From Planctomycetota bacterium (GTDB taxonomy: Bacteria > Planctomycetota > Planctomycetia > JALXBF01): DNA of 64,000 nucleotides. Positions 1-9,022 of this stretch are shown in pieces. The stretch is taken from assembly GCA_026991575.1 (NCBI GenBank), contig JALXBF010000105.1, positions 1-64,000 on the forward strand, written 5' to 3'. Within the stretch, counting starts at the first letter, position 1. The number at the start of each line of letters is the position of its first letter. Made by a program: the position numbers and the translations under genes. The notes below the pieces were generated by a model that saw only the letters and a program-made list of their open reading frames with translations, was not told the origin of the DNA and did not search any database.

Positions 1-1209
1 GGCGCTTTCCCAGCGGCACCGCTCAAGATCGAGTTGCTGGGCATTGTTGAGCAGTTCCAGCAGCTTCTCGTCGGAGGCCAGGTCGGGGTAGATAACAACC
101 AGTTCGTCGCGCGCACGATATGCCCGTTCCGTCTGGCCCTCTTCGATGGCCTGTTCCATCGTGGCCACGACTGCATCGTAACGTTCCTTCTTGATGACGG
201 CCGCTTCAGCATCGTCCAGGGCCTTGTCCAGCCGCGCGAGCTGCTCGTCGGGCAGCTTGTCCTCGGGAACCCGTTCGCGCAGGACCTCAGACGCCTTTCG
301 TGCCTGCTCGTAGTCGCGACGCTCGCCGGTGCTCTGAGCGGCTTCGGCCAGCGAAAGGGCTACCTTAACGGCCGTATCGGCAACCTCCTGGGCAATGTCG
401 TTGAACTCCGGTAGCTTGCTGGTCCGCTCGAACAGGTCGATCAGCTCCTGGAGTGCCTTGGCCGGGTTCCCTTCGTTCTGAGCGGCCTGCACGTCGCACA
501 GTTCGCGATAGATGAGCGCCTGGTTCGCCAGCTCGTGGTCGGGGTACTCTTCGAGGAACCGCTCGAAGAGCTTGCGAGCGTAGACGGAGCGGCCCTCGTT
601 CATAGCCTCTTGAGCCTGGTCGAAGAGCGCTTCGCTGGTCCGGCCGTAGTACCAGAAGTAGAGGTAGGTACCCAGGCCGAGCAAGACGACCAGCGCGATG
701 CTCATGCCAATGATCAACGGCGACTTCAGTAGGCTCTCGCTTGGCGGCGCCACGGGCGGCGTTGGTCGGGTGGGCACAGGACCAGGCGGCCTGCCACCGA
801 TCGGTCCGGCCTGCGGAGGCATTGCCCCGGGTAGCGGTCCGGCCGTTGCTGCCGGGGGCGGGGTTGCAACCGCGCCGCCCGGGGGGACAACAGGCTGCTG
901 CGCTGCGGCCGCTTCCGGCTCGACAATATCGATCAGCACGTTGCCCACGCGGATGCGGTCACCAGGAAGCAGCTCGGCCCGCTTGGTCGGTTCGCCGTTC
1001 AGGTCAACGGGCGGCGCCTCGGTCGCCGTCTCCAGGACCCACGAGCCCCCCAGCCGGCGGATCCGGAAGTGGACCGGCTCAACGGATGGGTCCTTCAACT
1101 GAACGTCGCATTGGGGGTCCCGACCGAAGAACAGCGCCTTAGCTTCTTCCGGCTGTACTGTCCGCTGCTCTCCGTTGGGTTCTGTGATCCGCAGAATCAG
1201 TGTGGTCAT
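1..1209 (-). CDS. FHA-domain membrane protein with periplasmic helical (TPR-like) region; 3' end truncated by the window edge
   Basis: Not in the ORF track; translated by hand. ATG at 1209 with GGAG RBS. MTTLILRITEPNGEQ...FFGRDPQCDVQLKDPSVEPVHFRI...LNG...LLPGDRIRVG (FHA GR/H/NG pattern), then a Pro/Ala/Gly linker, a TM helix (IIGMSIALVVLLGLGTYLYFWYY) and helical repeats (LFERFLEEYPDH). Frame stays open to position 1. Confidence 0.8.
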   Translation of the reverse strand, partial: MTTLILRITEPNGEQRTVQPEEAKALFFGRDPQCDVQLKDPSVEPVHFRIRRLGGSWVLETATEAPPVDLNGEPTKRAELLPGDRIRVGNVLIDIVEPEAAAAQQPVVPPGGAVATPPPAATAGPLPGAMPPQAGPIGGRPPGPVPTRPTPPVAPPSESLLKSPLIIGMSIALVVLLGLGTYLYFWYYGRTSEALFDQAQEAMNEGRSVYARKLFERFLEEYPDHELANQALIYRELCDVQAAQNEGNPAKALQELIDLFERTSKLPEFNDIAQEVADTAVKVALSLAEAAQSTGERRDYEQARKASEVLRERVPEDKLPDEQLARLDKALDDAEAAVIKKERYDAVVATMEQAIEEGQTERAYRARDELVVIYPDLASDEKLLELLNNAQQLDLERCRWESA

Positions 1210-1425
1210 CCAGCACACTCCGTAGCGTTTGCTGGTACGGCGACGACTCGGTCGGCCACCGGCTTGAGCCGACTGACCGTCGCTGAGCTGACCCGGTCTG
1301 GCTGTAAGGCACGCGCCCCGGGGATGTCATCCAGGGCAGAGTCTGGCCGGGTCACGTGCCGATGCGCCCTGGCTACCGCAATGGTCCGGGTTGTCAGGGG
1401 GGACGGCCCCAGTTGCGTGCGTTGG

Positions 1426-2223
1426 CTAGCCGCGACGGCGGCGCCCCCCGAAGAAAACACGTGTCTTTGGCGATTTCCTGGGTGGCCCCTGCATGATATT
1501 CTCGATGCCGGCTTGTTGAGCCGCGTCGAGCGCGGTGACAACGGCGGCGTGATGCGCATTCTCCGACCCGATCACGATCGCCGATGTCTTGTTCTGGCGT
1601 CGTCGGATCTGGGTGAGACGGCGCACGAGCTCGCCAGCATCAACCTTCTGGTCATCCACCCAGTACACGTTGTTGTCGTCAACTTCGATGATGATGCTAT
1701 CACGCAACAACTGCTCAATCGTCGCCGTCCCCTGCTCCTCGGATGGCGTCGGCAGTTCGATCGATTTCTGCAAGGTGAACGTGGCGGTGAGCATGAAAAA
1801 CAACAGGAGCTGGAAGGTCACGTCGACCATGGGGGTCAAGTCCACGGGCACGTCCGCGGTACGCGGCTCACGGAAGCTGATCGCTTCGCCATCGCCCTGC
1901 TCCACCTCTTTCACCGGGGGTTGAACGGTCGGTGGCGCGACCGCTGCGGCGGGTGATGGTGCCGCCGGTCGGGCAGCCGGCGGCGGCGTTGCGGCGCGCT
2001 TGGCCGTCTGTTTCTTCTGCTGCGCCCGGCGCACCAGCTCGGCAAGCTGCGGAATCTGATCCACGCGCCGCCACGCTTCCGTGCCCGTGCGTCGGATGCA
2101 GTCGGCCAGTTTCAGCTTGCCTTCGCGCGCACGGCGGACTAGCTCCCGCTCTTCGACCGCGTGCTCGACGGCTAACGATTCACTGTCCAGGATGTCCCAC
2201 CGGCGTGTCTTCTGCTGGGCCAT
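1426..2223 (-). CDS. exbD: ExbD/TolR family protein with an extra N-terminal (GYF_2-like) domain
   Basis: DLTPMVDVTFQLLLFFML ExbD TM motif with the conserved Asp. Start re-assigned to MAQQKTRRW (ATG 2223), just after the upstream exbD stop at 2237. Confidence 0.85.
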   Translation of the reverse strand: MAQQKTRRWDILDSESLAVEHAVEERELVRRAREGKLKLADCIRRTGTEAWRRVDQIPQLAELVRRAQQKKQTAKRAATPPPAARPAAPSPAAAVAPPTVQPPVKEVEQGDGEAISFREPRTADVPVDLTPMVDVTFQLLLFFMLTATFTLQKSIELPTPSEEQGTATIEQLLRDSIIIEVDDNNVYWVDDQKVDAGELVRRLTQIRRRQNKTSAIVIGSENAHHAAVVTALDAAQQAGIENIMQGPPRKSPKTRVFFGGRRRRG

Positions 2224-2236
2224 GCTTCCGGTCGGT

Positions 2237-2707
2237 TTACTCGTACTTCTCCCGCACGGCGGCGTGGAGCTTCGCGCCTTCGACGGCCGCGACAGCCTGC
2301 TCCACGGCGAACACATCGGCATGGCGCGCGGTCGCGGCGGCCTTGACGATCACGTTCTCTTTGCCGGCCGCCACTTGCTCGCGCACATACCTGGCCACCT
2401 CCTCGACCGTCACCGGCTCACCATCGAGGGTATCGCCCAAGTACACGGGACATCTGCCGTTCGGCCCGGGTGGCCCCACGGTGATGATCACTGCCGTCTG
2501 GACGTCGACGCCGATACCGTGTTCGGCTTCCGGCAGCTCGAGCTTGGCCGCCTTCACGAGCGTGGCCGCGAACATGAAAAAGATCAGCAGCTGGAAGGTG
2601 ACGTCGATGATCGGCGTCATGTCGATCTCCGTATCGGCTTCCTGCCGGGTCTTGACCAGCTCGATCGGCTGCTCTGCATCCGGGATGGTCCAGCCCTGCT
2701 CTGGCAT
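2237..2707 (-). CDS. exbD: ExbD/TolR family biopolymer transport protein
   Basis: DMTPIIDVTFQLLIFFMF motif; LELPEA; C-terminal VIVKA...H..V periplasmic domain. Confidence 0.9.
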   Translation of the reverse strand: MPEQGWTIPDAEQPIELVKTRQEADTEIDMTPIIDVTFQLLIFFMFAATLVKAAKLELPEAEHGIGVDVQTAVIITVGPPGPNGRCPVYLGDTLDGEPVTVEEVARYVREQVAAGKENVIVKAAATARHADVFAVEQAVAAVEGAKLHAAVREKYE

Positions 2708-2727
2708 CGCCTCTTACCCCCCCGGGA

Positions 2728-3456
2728 TCAGACCCGCGCCACCTCGTGAGGCGCCGCCGGTGCCTGACCACCGCGCAGCCTCGCCAGCGCCTGCTCGAGC
2801 GTCTCCAGGAAGATCGTCACCCCTTCGCGCACGGTGTCTTCGAACGACCGCCGACGACTGACGATAAAGTTCATCGCCACCAGAAACGGCGTCGCCACCG
2901 CCAAGCCGATGGCCGTGGTAAGCAGCGCAAGCGAAATGTCACCGGCCAGGTCCTGGGGATTGACCCGCTCCGCGCCGGCAATCTTGCCAAAGGCACCGAT
3001 CATACCGAGCACGGTGCCCAGCAGCCCGAGCATCGGCTCGGCCCGGATCACCGTCTGAATCCAACTCGTACGGTTGTCCAGATCGTCCAGAACGTCACGC
3101 TGGAATTTCTCCACGATCGCCATCCGGAGCTTGCGCAGCCCCTGCATCCGGTTCTCGATGGCAAACCGCGCCAGCTGCGCTACGGCGGTCTTCCAGTAGG
3201 CCGGTTGCAGGCAGATCTGTTCCGCTTCTTCGAACGCCCCCTGATGCAATGCCTGTGCGATCTCCTGCTGGAACGCCTGCTCCTGTTCCTGGGAGCGGAA
3301 CATAAGTCCCTTCATACGAGTCAGGAGCATGACGACGCAGAACAAGCCCCAGATGGCCAGCACTGCCTGGGCCGCGTAAATCGCCCAGCCCAGCCAGTCC
3401 ATCACGGTGTCGTAGCTGATCGGCGTTGCAGCCAACAATATGTAGCCGGAATTCAT
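2728..3456 (-). CDS. exbB: MotA/TolQ/ExbB proton channel family protein
   Basis: [17 protein letters not shown] and [17 protein letters not shown] signatures; ATG 3456 (MNSGY) preceded by GAGGTG. Confidence 0.9.
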   Translation of the reverse strand: MNSGYILLAATPISYDTVMDWLGWAIYAAQAVLAIWGLFCVVMLLTRMKGLMFRSQEQEQAFQQEIAQALHQGAFEEAEQICLQPAYWKTAVAQLARFAIENRMQGLRKLRMAIVEKFQRDVLDDLDNRTSWIQTVIRAEPMLGLLGTVLGMIGAFGKIAGAERVNPQDLAGDISLALLTTAIGLAVATPFLVAMNFIVSRRRSFEDTVREGVTIFLETLEQALARLRGGQAPAAPHEVARV

Positions 3457-3515
3457 CGCCACCTCGCTGTGCACGCTACCCGATTTTCGACGCAGACAGC
3501 AGGCCGCGGCTGCCA

Positions 3516-4418
3516 CTAGCCGGCCCATACCTGACCGGCCACGTAGAACTCCCACTTGTTCCCCTTGCGCCTCACCTTGAACCGCGTGCTGATAATCTCG
3601 TCGGGCCGCTTCCCCTTATAGGCCTGCTCCAGTTTGGCAAGCTCCTGCTCCAGCTCCGGTGGAATCAACTGGATCACCGTCGTGGGGTTCTGAATTCCCG
3701 CTTTCTTGGCCAGCTCGAAGTCTGCCTTCTGCCGCTCCCCGGTACGCCAGGTGAGGTACAAGCGCTTTTCCTCCTCGGGCGGCACGACGCGCACCTTTGG
3801 CTTCTTGGCCGAAAGCTGGGAGACAACGTACAGCTTTCCGTCCGCGATGACGCCCAGCTCAATGCCAAACGAGTCCAGCAGCTGGGCATACTCCTGAAGT
3901 CCCTGGCCCGGCGGATACGTGATGATCCACCGCTCCTCACGAGGCAGGCCGCCTGTGCCTGGCCCATGGCCAAACTTGCGCTGCCCGATTGGCCCTTCGG
4001 CACTAGCCAGCGGATCCGAAATCGCGTCAGGATCCGCCACGACCGCTTGCTCGGACAAGACGTTCATGACATTCTCGACCACCTGCTCGGTCGTCTCCGG
4101 CTCGATCAGTTCCTCCTGCACCGCGGGGTCGATGACGTCGTCGCTGGCGTTGGGATCGCCCTCCAGGTCACCGCCCGGCAGTTCGGTCAAGATCTGAACG
4201 GGTCGAACCGGCGGCGGCCCACCCCAGACCTGGTTGGTCAACCAGATCGCACCGAGCAGAGCCACGACGATGCCCACGAACACGAGCATGGCCAGCAACA
4301 GGGAGCTGACCCGGTCGTACAACGTCGGCTTTAGCGACACATCCACCGGTCCGGCCACCGCCGGACCAGCCTCGTGGGCAGGTACGGACGAATTGGCGCC
4401 GGCCGAATCGATCGCCAT
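3516..4418 (-). CDS. Single-TM hypothetical protein with TonB/TolA-like architecture (TM anchor, acidic/Pro linker, globular C-terminal domain)
   Basis: Start re-assigned to MAIDSAG (ATG 4418, GAGG RBS). One hydrophobic helix, E/D/P-rich linker, GHGPGTGG, then a globular domain. Lies immediately upstream of exbB. Confidence 0.75.
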   Translation of the reverse strand: MAIDSAGANSSVPAHEAGPAVAGPVDVSLKPTLYDRVSSLLLAMLVFVGIVVALLGAIWLTNQVWGGPPPVRPVQILTELPGGDLEGDPNASDDVIDPAVQEELIEPETTEQVVENVMNVLSEQAVVADPDAISDPLASAEGPIGQRKFGHGPGTGGLPREERWIITYPPGQGLQEYAQLLDSFGIELGVIADGKLYVVSQLSAKKPKVRVVPPEEEKRLYLTWRTGERQKADFELAKKAGIQNPTTVIQLIPPELEQELAKLEQAYKGKRPDEIISTRFKVRRKGNKWEFYVAGQVWAG

Positions 4419-4428
4419 CGCGGTTCCT

Positions 4429-6195
4429 CTACTCGTCGGCCACTTCCAGTTCCCAGTCCGGTCGGATCGACCGGTACCACTCGTACCAGGCCTCCACTTC
4501 ACGCCGCCACTGTTCCGGCGTCGGACTCCGTGGGCCAAGTCCGAAGAACTTGCGGCTGATCCGCTGCAGGGCCTCGCGCGCTGCGCGCACGACGACGGGG
4601 TTGTCATCGCCGAGGCCGCGTAACAGGGTGGGAACAACGTCCAGGTTGCCGCTCCGACCCAGAATCGCCATCGCTTTGGCCCGCACTTCGGGACTGGGGC
4701 TGCGCTCCGCGAGCCGACGCCAGCGCTCCAGCAGGACATCCTCGACGACCGGCTTCTCCTTTGTCATCTCCTCCTCAACGGCAGCCAACGCGGCGTCGAT
4801 GCTCTTTACGTCCAGCTTCTCGAGTATGGCCAGGAGCTTGCCACGTTCGCCGATCGGTTTTGGTTTCAACTCACCCCGGTTCGTCACCAGATCGTTCAGG
4901 TTCCTAGGTAGCCCGCGACCACTGAGCAACGAGCCGCCCCCTAGCGGGTTGGCATGCGAGTGTTTGGAGATCAGCGTTGAACGCACGAGGAACAGGATAC
5001 CCCAGGCCGTTCCGACCTCACTGGAAGCACCCGTCCCGTGCTCGGGCCAGCTACCGTTGGGCCGCTGCTTCGTGATCAGCGCATGCGCGACGAGCGAGTA
5101 CCAGTCGATGGGGGGATCGCCCGGTAGCAACCGCCCGTTGCCTGGCCAGTTGTCCCCGTTCAACGTCGCAAATCGCTCGAGTGCATAAACGTAATACATC
5201 GGCCACTGAGGCGGTGACACGTGGAAGTGCTGGTGCAACCATGCCGTCGCCCGCGCCAGAGACTGTTCAATGGTTGCCGACGACAGCGTCGGCGTGTAGC
5301 GACCAGCCACCGCGCGCCTCTCGGCCTCTTGCGCCTCTTCCAGCTCTACCTCCTCGAGCGGTCTCAGCGGCATGCCCTTGCCCGTCGGGCGTCGCCGCCC
5401 GTAGGCGAGCATGTCGCGGCAGATGCCGATACTGCCGCCCGCGCCGGCGGTAATCGATAGCGTTGGGGCACCACCTTCCTGAGGGTGATAGACAAAGCCA
5501 CCGGAGGAGTGTTGGGTTTGGATCATCCAGTTGGCAGCACGCTCAAACACCCTCGGCTCGATCCGGATGCCATACGTAGCGTTCGCCTCCCAGAGCCCCA
5601 GCAAAGCGTATTGGCTGATTGAGTTGTCTGATTGCTGTTCGTTCTTCGGCCCGCCGTATCCCCACATGCCATTTGGCTTGATCGACTCCAGGATATGATT
5701 CACCACGACTCGCACCTGCTCGCGGTGATTCGCACGGGCAAACACGTCATATGCGGCGAAGGCCATGATCACACAGCCGGCTTCGTAGAGGTCGTGGCCG
5801 TGGAACTTGGGGCGGCCCGACTTGAACTGCCCCCCGCTGCAGGCCAGCTCCAGCTTTCGGATCAGCGCCGCGACGAACGGGTCATCCGGTTGAATCAGCC
5901 CCTCGTAGGTCAGGCCCGCCTTGGCCAGTGCCTGCAGCACCAAAGCTGCCTCGCCCACTTGCCCGCGGATCAGTTCGTCCTCCCGCTTGCGTAGGTAGGC
6001 CACTGCCTTGGCCACGGCCGGGCGGACCTTGCTATCCAGCGGCCCCTCGTACTGCGGGACCTTCGACGGATCCACGCCCCATGGGTGCTGGACAGGACCG
6101 CGCTGGGCACGCAGGGGATCGGGCCGCAGCAGGGCCGCTAGAAGGGCACCGAGTGCAGCCAGCGCCAAACACACGCGGATCGTCACACTCCGCAT
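4429..6195 (-). CDS. Exported prenyltransferase/squalene-cyclase-like alpha-barrel protein with C-terminal HEAT repeats
   Basis: Signal peptide (MRSVTIRVCLALAALGALLAALL); QW-like repeats KPNGMWGY, QHSSGGFVY, QRPNGSW; SDNSISQYALLGL; HEAT repeats (PEVRAKAMAILG, DDNPVVVRAAREAL). Confidence 0.8.
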   Translation of the reverse strand: MRSVTIRVCLALAALGALLAALLRPDPLRAQRGPVQHPWGVDPSKVPQYEGPLDSKVRPAVAKAVAYLRKREDELIRGQVGEAALVLQALAKAGLTYEGLIQPDDPFVAALIRKLELACSGGQFKSGRPKFHGHDLYEAGCVIMAFAAYDVFARANHREQVRVVVNHILESIKPNGMWGYGGPKNEQQSDNSISQYALLGLWEANATYGIRIEPRVFERAANWMIQTQHSSGGFVYHPQEGGAPTLSITAGAGGSIGICRDMLAYGRRRPTGKGMPLRPLEEVELEEAQEAERRAVAGRYTPTLSSATIEQSLARATAWLHQHFHVSPPQWPMYYVYALERFATLNGDNWPGNGRLLPGDPPIDWYSLVAHALITKQRPNGSWPEHGTGASSEVGTAWGILFLVRSTLISKHSHANPLGGGSLLSGRGLPRNLNDLVTNRGELKPKPIGERGKLLAILEKLDVKSIDAALAAVEEEMTKEKPVVEDVLLERWRRLAERSPSPEVRAKAMAILGRSGNLDVVPTLLRGLGDDNPVVVRAAREALQRISRKFFGLGPRSPTPEQWRREVEAWYEWYRSIRPDWELEVADE

Positions 6196-6335
6196 CGCCT
6201 TCGGCCCACTCCAGACGTGCAACACGGACTCCTGTCTCTCCGCTTGGGCACTAAGCCGGGACAAGGCGGTGAAAATTTGGCCTGCGCTCAGGCCACACCG
6301 GCGCGCTTTCCGCCAGCGTGCACGGCACCCTGACT

Positions 6336-6365
6336 ATCGTAATCGGAGGCTCCAAGGCCCGTCAA
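6336..6365 (-). promoter_or_regulatory. Putative sigma70 promoter for the ExbBD operon
   Basis: Minus strand TTGACG-N18-TACGAT, about 140 nt upstream of the ATG at 6195. Confidence 0.5.
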
Positions 6366-6450
6366 GCAGGAGCAGCGGCAACCCAGGCCCATCCCCCCTC
6401 CGCCACTCGCCGCGGGCCGACCGCCAGAGGTGCTACCCCAACAGCGGCGG

Positions 6451-7500
6451 TCACCAGACCGGATTCGGGATCCCGACCGCGTCCCGCACCCGCTGCACCA
6501 GTGGCACGCCCACCTGCCGCGCCCGCTCTGCCCCGCGACGCAGCGCCTCCTCCACCACACCGGGGTCCTTCTCCAGCTCGGCCCTGCGCCGCCGCGCCGG
6601 CCCCAGCTCCTCCATGAACTTCTCAAACAGCACCTTCTTCACCTCCCCGTACCCAAGCCCCCCCCGACGAAACCGCTCAGCCCACTCCTGCGCTTCCTCC
6701 GGCGTGCAGAACAACTTCAGCAACGCATACAGCGTGCTCCTGTCCGGATCCTTCGGTTCCTCGACCGTGGCCGAGTCGGTCACAATTCCGAAGATCTGCT
6801 TGCGCACCACCTTCTCCGGCGCGAAAAGGTCAATCGTGTTGCCGTACGATTTGGACATCTTGCGACCGTCCGTGCCCGGCACCACCGCCGTCTCCTCCCG
6901 GATGTACGGCTCCGGCACGGTCAGCACCGGCCCAAAGAGCCGGTTGAACCGCTGCGCAATGTCGCGTGTGACCTCAATGTGCTGCTTCTGGTCCTTGCCC
7001 ACCGGCACCAGGTTCGCCGAAACGATCAGAATGTCGGCCGCCTGCAGGACCGGATACGCAAACAGCCCATGGTCAGCCGGCAGCCCTTGAGCAACCTTGT
7101 CCTTGTACGCATGGCACCGCTCCAGCAACCCCATGGGCGTGATCGTGGTCAGGATCCATTGCAGCTCACAGACCTCCGGCAGATCCGACTGACGGTAAAT
7201 ATTGCACCGCTGCGGATCGAGCCCCAGGGCCACGTAGTCAAGCGCCGCCTGGCGCGTCAGCTCCAGGAGTTCTTCCCGATTGCGCACAGAGGTGAGGGCG
7301 TGGTAGTTGGCCAGGAAAAAGTAGCAGTCGTGCCCCTGTTCGATGAGCTCCAGGTACTGCTTTACCGCGCCGAAGTAGTTGCCCAGGTGCAGCTTGCCAG
7401 ACGGCTGGATGCCCGACAGCACAACCAGCTTGCGGCGCTGCCGCTGGTCGCTGTCGCTGCCGGCTCCAGATGCAAACTCCCGCGTCGCGCTGTCGCTCAT
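6451..7500 (-). CDS. trpS: Tryptophan--tRNA ligase
   Basis: SGIQPSGKLHLGNY (HIGH-like), YPVLQAADIL, VPVGKDQKQH, KMSKS. Confidence 0.97.
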   Translation of the reverse strand: MSDSATREFASGAGSDSDQRQRRKLVVLSGIQPSGKLHLGNYFGAVKQYLELIEQGHDCYFFLANYHALTSVRNREELLELTRQAALDYVALGLDPQRCNIYRQSDLPEVCELQWILTTITPMGLLERCHAYKDKVAQGLPADHGLFAYPVLQAADILIVSANLVPVGKDQKQHIEVTRDIAQRFNRLFGPVLTVPEPYIREETAVVPGTDGRKMSKSYGNTIDLFAPEKVVRKQIFGIVTDSATVEEPKDPDRSTLYALLKLFCTPEEAQEWAERFRRGGLGYGEVKKVLFEKFMEELGPARRRRAELEKDPGVVEEALRRGAERARQVGVPLVQRVRDAVGIPNPVW

Positions 7501-7529
7501 CGTCCGCTCAGCCCCCCCAATCCGCTAGA

Positions 7530-8183
7530 TCAAAGCCAAGCGGGTAAGTGCAAAACAAAGTCCGCCAGTCGCACCAGCGGGTCCAGGAAGTAGTCGGTGA
7601 CGCCTAGCATGATCAGCCCAAGGACCACGAAAAACCCGATCGGTTCGATCCGATCCATCACCCGTGCCGCCCCCTCGGGCAACAACGCCGCCAGGATACG
7701 CGAGCCATCCAACGGCGGCACAGGAATCATGTTGAAACCACCCAGCACGAGGTTGACCACCAAGCCGGCATGACACACCACCAGAACCGTCCGGGCCACC
7801 TCAGCAGGCACCGGCACAGCACGCATTAGCGTTGCCAGCACTAACCAAACCACGGCAAACACCACTGCCTGCGCCAGGTTGGACGCGGGACCGGCCCACG
7901 CGATCCACATCATGTCCCGGCGAGGATCGCGCAGGTTGTAAAGGTTGACCGGCACCGGCTTGGCCCCCCCGAAAGGAACACCGACCGTGACCGCCAGCAC
8001 CACGGGCACCACCACGGTCATAATCGGGTCGATGTGGGCCAACGGATTCAACGTGATACGGCCCAACCGCGCGCCGGTGTCATCACCGAGACGCAAGGCC
8101 GCGTAGGCGTGAGCACTCTCGTGAATGCTCACGGACAACAAGAAAATGGCAAGCATTATGACGAGCACTACCGGTTCGGTCAT
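7530..8183 (-). CDS. Site-2 protease (peptidase M50 family)
   Basis: HESAH (HExxH), GRITLNPLAHID, AGPASN, FNMIPVPPLDG. Confidence 0.93.
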   Translation of the reverse strand: MTEPVVLVIMLAIFLLSVSIHESAHAYAALRLGDDTGARLGRITLNPLAHIDPIMTVVVPVVLAVTVGVPFGGAKPVPVNLYNLRDPRRDMMWIAWAGPASNLAQAVVFAVVWLVLATLMRAVPVPAEVARTVLVVCHAGLVVNLVLGGFNMIPVPPLDGSRILAALLPEGAARVMDRIEPIGFFVVLGLIMLGVTDYFLDPLVRLADFVLHLPAWL

Positions 8184-8434
8184 CTGACCTCCGGTCCTCC
8201 AGCCAGCAATCTCGCGGTCCCGTCCCTGCTCACGTCCTGGCCCACCGCGCGCAGAAGCGGATCCGCTCTAGCTGAGCCCTGCGCATTATAGGAACCCCTC
8301 CTTCGGCTACCGAGCCTCGCTCTCGGACAGCGGGGGATCGGCCCCGCCGCCATCCATCCGGGACGCTGCCCGCCGCTGCGGCGGCTGCGCCGGTACGATG
8401 CCAACTGAACTGGCATCCCCACTTTGGTGCGCCC

Positions 8435-9022
8435 ATGATCATCGAAGGGCTGGTCACAACCTGCGACCCCACCGGACGCTGCCACGCGGCCGCCATGGGC
8501 CCGATCGTCGAAGAGGGGTCGGCGGACCAGTTCGTGTTGAGGCCATTTCGCGATACTCGGACCGCGGCCTATCTGGCCAATCACCCTGCCGGTGTCTTTC
8601 ACATTGTCGACGACGCACTGGTGATCGCCACGGTGGTAACCGGAGGCGAGCTGCCCGCGGACGAACTGGCACCGGCGACCGCAGTGCGCGGCTGGGTCTG
8701 GCAGGATGCCTGCGAAGCGTGGGAGTTCGTAGTGGAGCGTGAAGAACCGGGTGATGAGCTACGTGCCAGTCTGTTCTGTCGGGTCGTGCACGCCCAGCGG
8801 CTCCGACCTTTCCGCGGCTTCAACCGGGCACGGCACGCGTTGCTGGAGCTGGCCATCGCGGTCACTCGGCTGCACCTGCTACCATCGGAAGAGGTACAGA
8901 GCTGCCTGGCAGTTGCCGAAAGGCTTACGGCCAAGACTGGTGGGCCGCGCGAGCGAGAGGCGTTGGAGTTGCTCCGCAGCACCATCCATCAATGGAACAG
9001 CCGTCCCGACAACAAGCCGTAA
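8435..9022 (+). CDS. DUF447 family protein (methanopterin-linked)
   Basis: MIIEGLVTT...HAAAMGP...LRPF...T..YL and GFNRARHALLELAIAVTRLH; adjacent to mptG. Confidence 0.8.
   Translation: MIIEGLVTTCDPTGRCHAAAMGPIVEEGSADQFVLRPFRDTRTAAYLANHPAGVFHIVDDALVIATVVTGGELPADELAPATAVRGWVWQDACEAWEFVVEREEPGDELRASLFCRVVHAQRLRPFRGFNRARHALLELAIAVTRLHLLPSEEVQSCLAVAERLTAKTGGPREREALELLRSTIHQWNSRPDNKP

Noticed and set aside
4429..6195. Squalene-hopene cyclase (shc) call
   Set aside because: QW-like repeats are present but there is no DXDD catalytic motif; the protein has a signal peptide, a single barrel and HEAT repeats.
6008..7593. Long antisense ORFs (e.g. 6008-7090, 6430-7593, 18387-19607, 21696-22892, 26259-27536, 42323-43483, 45968-47302)
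   Set aside because: They shadow well-supported genes on the opposite strand, as expected from high-GC codon bias, and show no motifs.
8285..8290. Perfect TATAAT on the minus strand upstream of the M50 protease-trpS genes
   Set aside because: Plausible -10 box, but there is no supporting -35 or extended -10, so it was not called as a feature.
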